64,000 bases of DNA from Mobula hypostoma. Taxonomy: Eukaryota. The notes beneath the pieces are model-generated. The model had not been told where the DNA came from and did no database searches. It was given only the letters and a program-made list of their open reading frames with translations. The DNA lies in contig NC_086108.1 of the NCBI RefSeq assembly GCF_963921235.1, positions 36,210,001 to 36,274,000 of the forward strand. The letters are read 5' to 3'. The position numbers and the translations under genes were made by a program. Shown piece after piece: positions 62,367 to 64,000 of this stretch. Each line of letters opens with the position of its first letter. Position 1 is the stretch's first letter.

Positions 62367-62710
62367 CATAGAAACATAGAAAATCTACAGCACAATACAG
62401 GCCCTTCGGCCCACAAAGTTGTGCCGAACATGTCCCTACCTTAGAAATTATTAGGTTTACCCATAGCCCTCTATTTTTCTAAGTTCCGTGTACCTATCCA
62501 AAAGTCTGTTAAAAGACCCTATGGTATCCATCTCCACCAACGTTTCCAGCAGCTCATTCCACGCACTCACCACTCTCTGCATAATAAAACTTACCCCGAC
62601 ATCTCCTCTGTACCTACTCCCCAGCACCTTAAACCTGTGTCCTCTTATGGCAACCATTTCAGCCCTGGGAAAAAGCCTCTGACTATCCACATGATCAATA
62701 CCTCTCATTA
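62367..62710 (-). mobile_element. CR1 3' fragment
   Basis: IMRGIDHVDSQRLFPR..IEGYG with (CATAGAAA)n tail. Confidence 0.9.
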
Positions 62711-63363
62711 TATCTTTGCTTATGTCAATCAATATCTGTTGCAAAGGTCAGTAGCTTCCACAGCCCCTTGGCACTTGCTGCTAATCTTGAGTTTCAAGAA
62801 CTCTGTTCGACTGTCTCAGTTTCTCTGTCCATTTGATCAGTTTTAACCTTGATTTTTCACACCACTGTTTCCATTTGTAATTTCTTTTGATGGATAGATA
62901 GATACTTCTGATCCCCAGTTCATCTAGTGATTTCCCTCCTCTGCAGTTGATGAGCTTTAGACTACATTCATGCTATTTCTTATTTTTCTGCTCTCATTTC
63001 TCATGGTCAGATCTCTCAGGTCATCTTCTTGATTAGTTCCAACCTGACTCCTTTCATTTCTTCCTGCCTACTGTTAACCAGGTCGACAGATAAAGGGAGA
63101 ACTTCTTATTTAATATAGTTTAAGATGCAATCTCACATAGTGTTAAGGACATGGACTAAGTGACTGTGTTGTTCATTCAGTAGGTAGATAGATACTTTAC
63201 TGATCCCAGAGGTAGGATTCACAGTGATTGGTCAGTTTGTTTTCTTTGTCCTTTCTCACTTCCATTGTTTTGAAGCTCAGTGAAGGCTCCAGGAACAATT
63301 TTTGTTTTGATTCGGTAGTTTACAGCTTTCAGGATGTTGAATTCAACAAAGATCAGTCATAAT

Positions 63364-64000
63364 CATAGAAACATAGAAAATAGGTGCAGGAGTAGGCCAT
63401 TCGGCCCTTCGAGCCTGCACCGCCATTTATTATGATCATGGCTGATCATCCAACTCAGAACCCCACCCCAGCCTGCCCTCCATACCCCCTGACCCCAGTA
63501 GCCACAAGGGCCATATCTAACTCCCTCTTAAATATAGCCAATGAACTGGCCTCAACTGTTTCCTGTGGCAGAGAATTCCACAGATTCACCACTCTCTGTG
63601 TGAAGAAGTTTTTCCTAATCTCGGTCCTAAAAGGCTTCCCATCTATCCTCAAACTGTGGCCCCTCGTTCTGGACTTCCCCAACATCGGGAACAATCTTCC
63701 TGCATCTAGCCTATCCAATCCCTTTAGGATTTTATACGTTTCAATCAGATCCCCCCTCAATCTTCTAAATTCCAACGAGTACAAGCCCAGTTCATCCAGT
63801 CTTTCTTCATATGAAAGTCCTGCCATCCCAGGAATCAATCTGGTGAACCTTCTTTGTACTTCCTCTATGGCAAGGATGTCTTTCCTCAGATTAGGGGACC
63901 AAAACTGCACACAATACTCCAGGTGTGGTCTCACCAAGACCTTGTACAACTGCAGTAGTACCTCCCTGCTCCTGTACTCGAATCCTCTCGCTATAAATGC
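63364..64000 (-). mobile_element. Young CR1 LINE 3' end (continues beyond the window)
   Basis: Open 164-aa ORF2 C-terminus (63455-63949) and CR1 tail. Confidence 0.95.

Overview
Eukaryotic (vertebrate) DNA, most likely from a cartilaginous fish, probably a ray; this is inferred from the repeat repertoire. The only host gene is CDC73 (parafibromin, PAF1 complex) on the + strand. Three internal coding exons are present (6690-6788, 7746-7824, 45442-45506, matching human exons 8-10), separated by a 957-bp and a 37.6-kb intron. Everything else is intron, densely packed with nested transposable elements: CR1, Rex1/Babar and RTE LINEs, Penelope-like elements (PLEs), Tc1, Tigger, a Helitron, a BEL/Pao remnant, two solo LTRs, several SINE types and an unclassified MITE with a 6-bp TSD. 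The most notable signal is a family of ~80-220-bp PLE-terminus insertions carrying a minimal, probably dimer-dependent hammerhead ribozyme (AGTC-CTGACGA-stem II-GAAAC-GTC-GACT). Three of these insertions are near-perfect palindromes flanked by 13-16-bp TSDs. Three intact ribozyme cores lie in the sense orientation within CDC73 intron 9. Family names come from remembered motifs, not database searches, and boundaries of old repeats are approximate.
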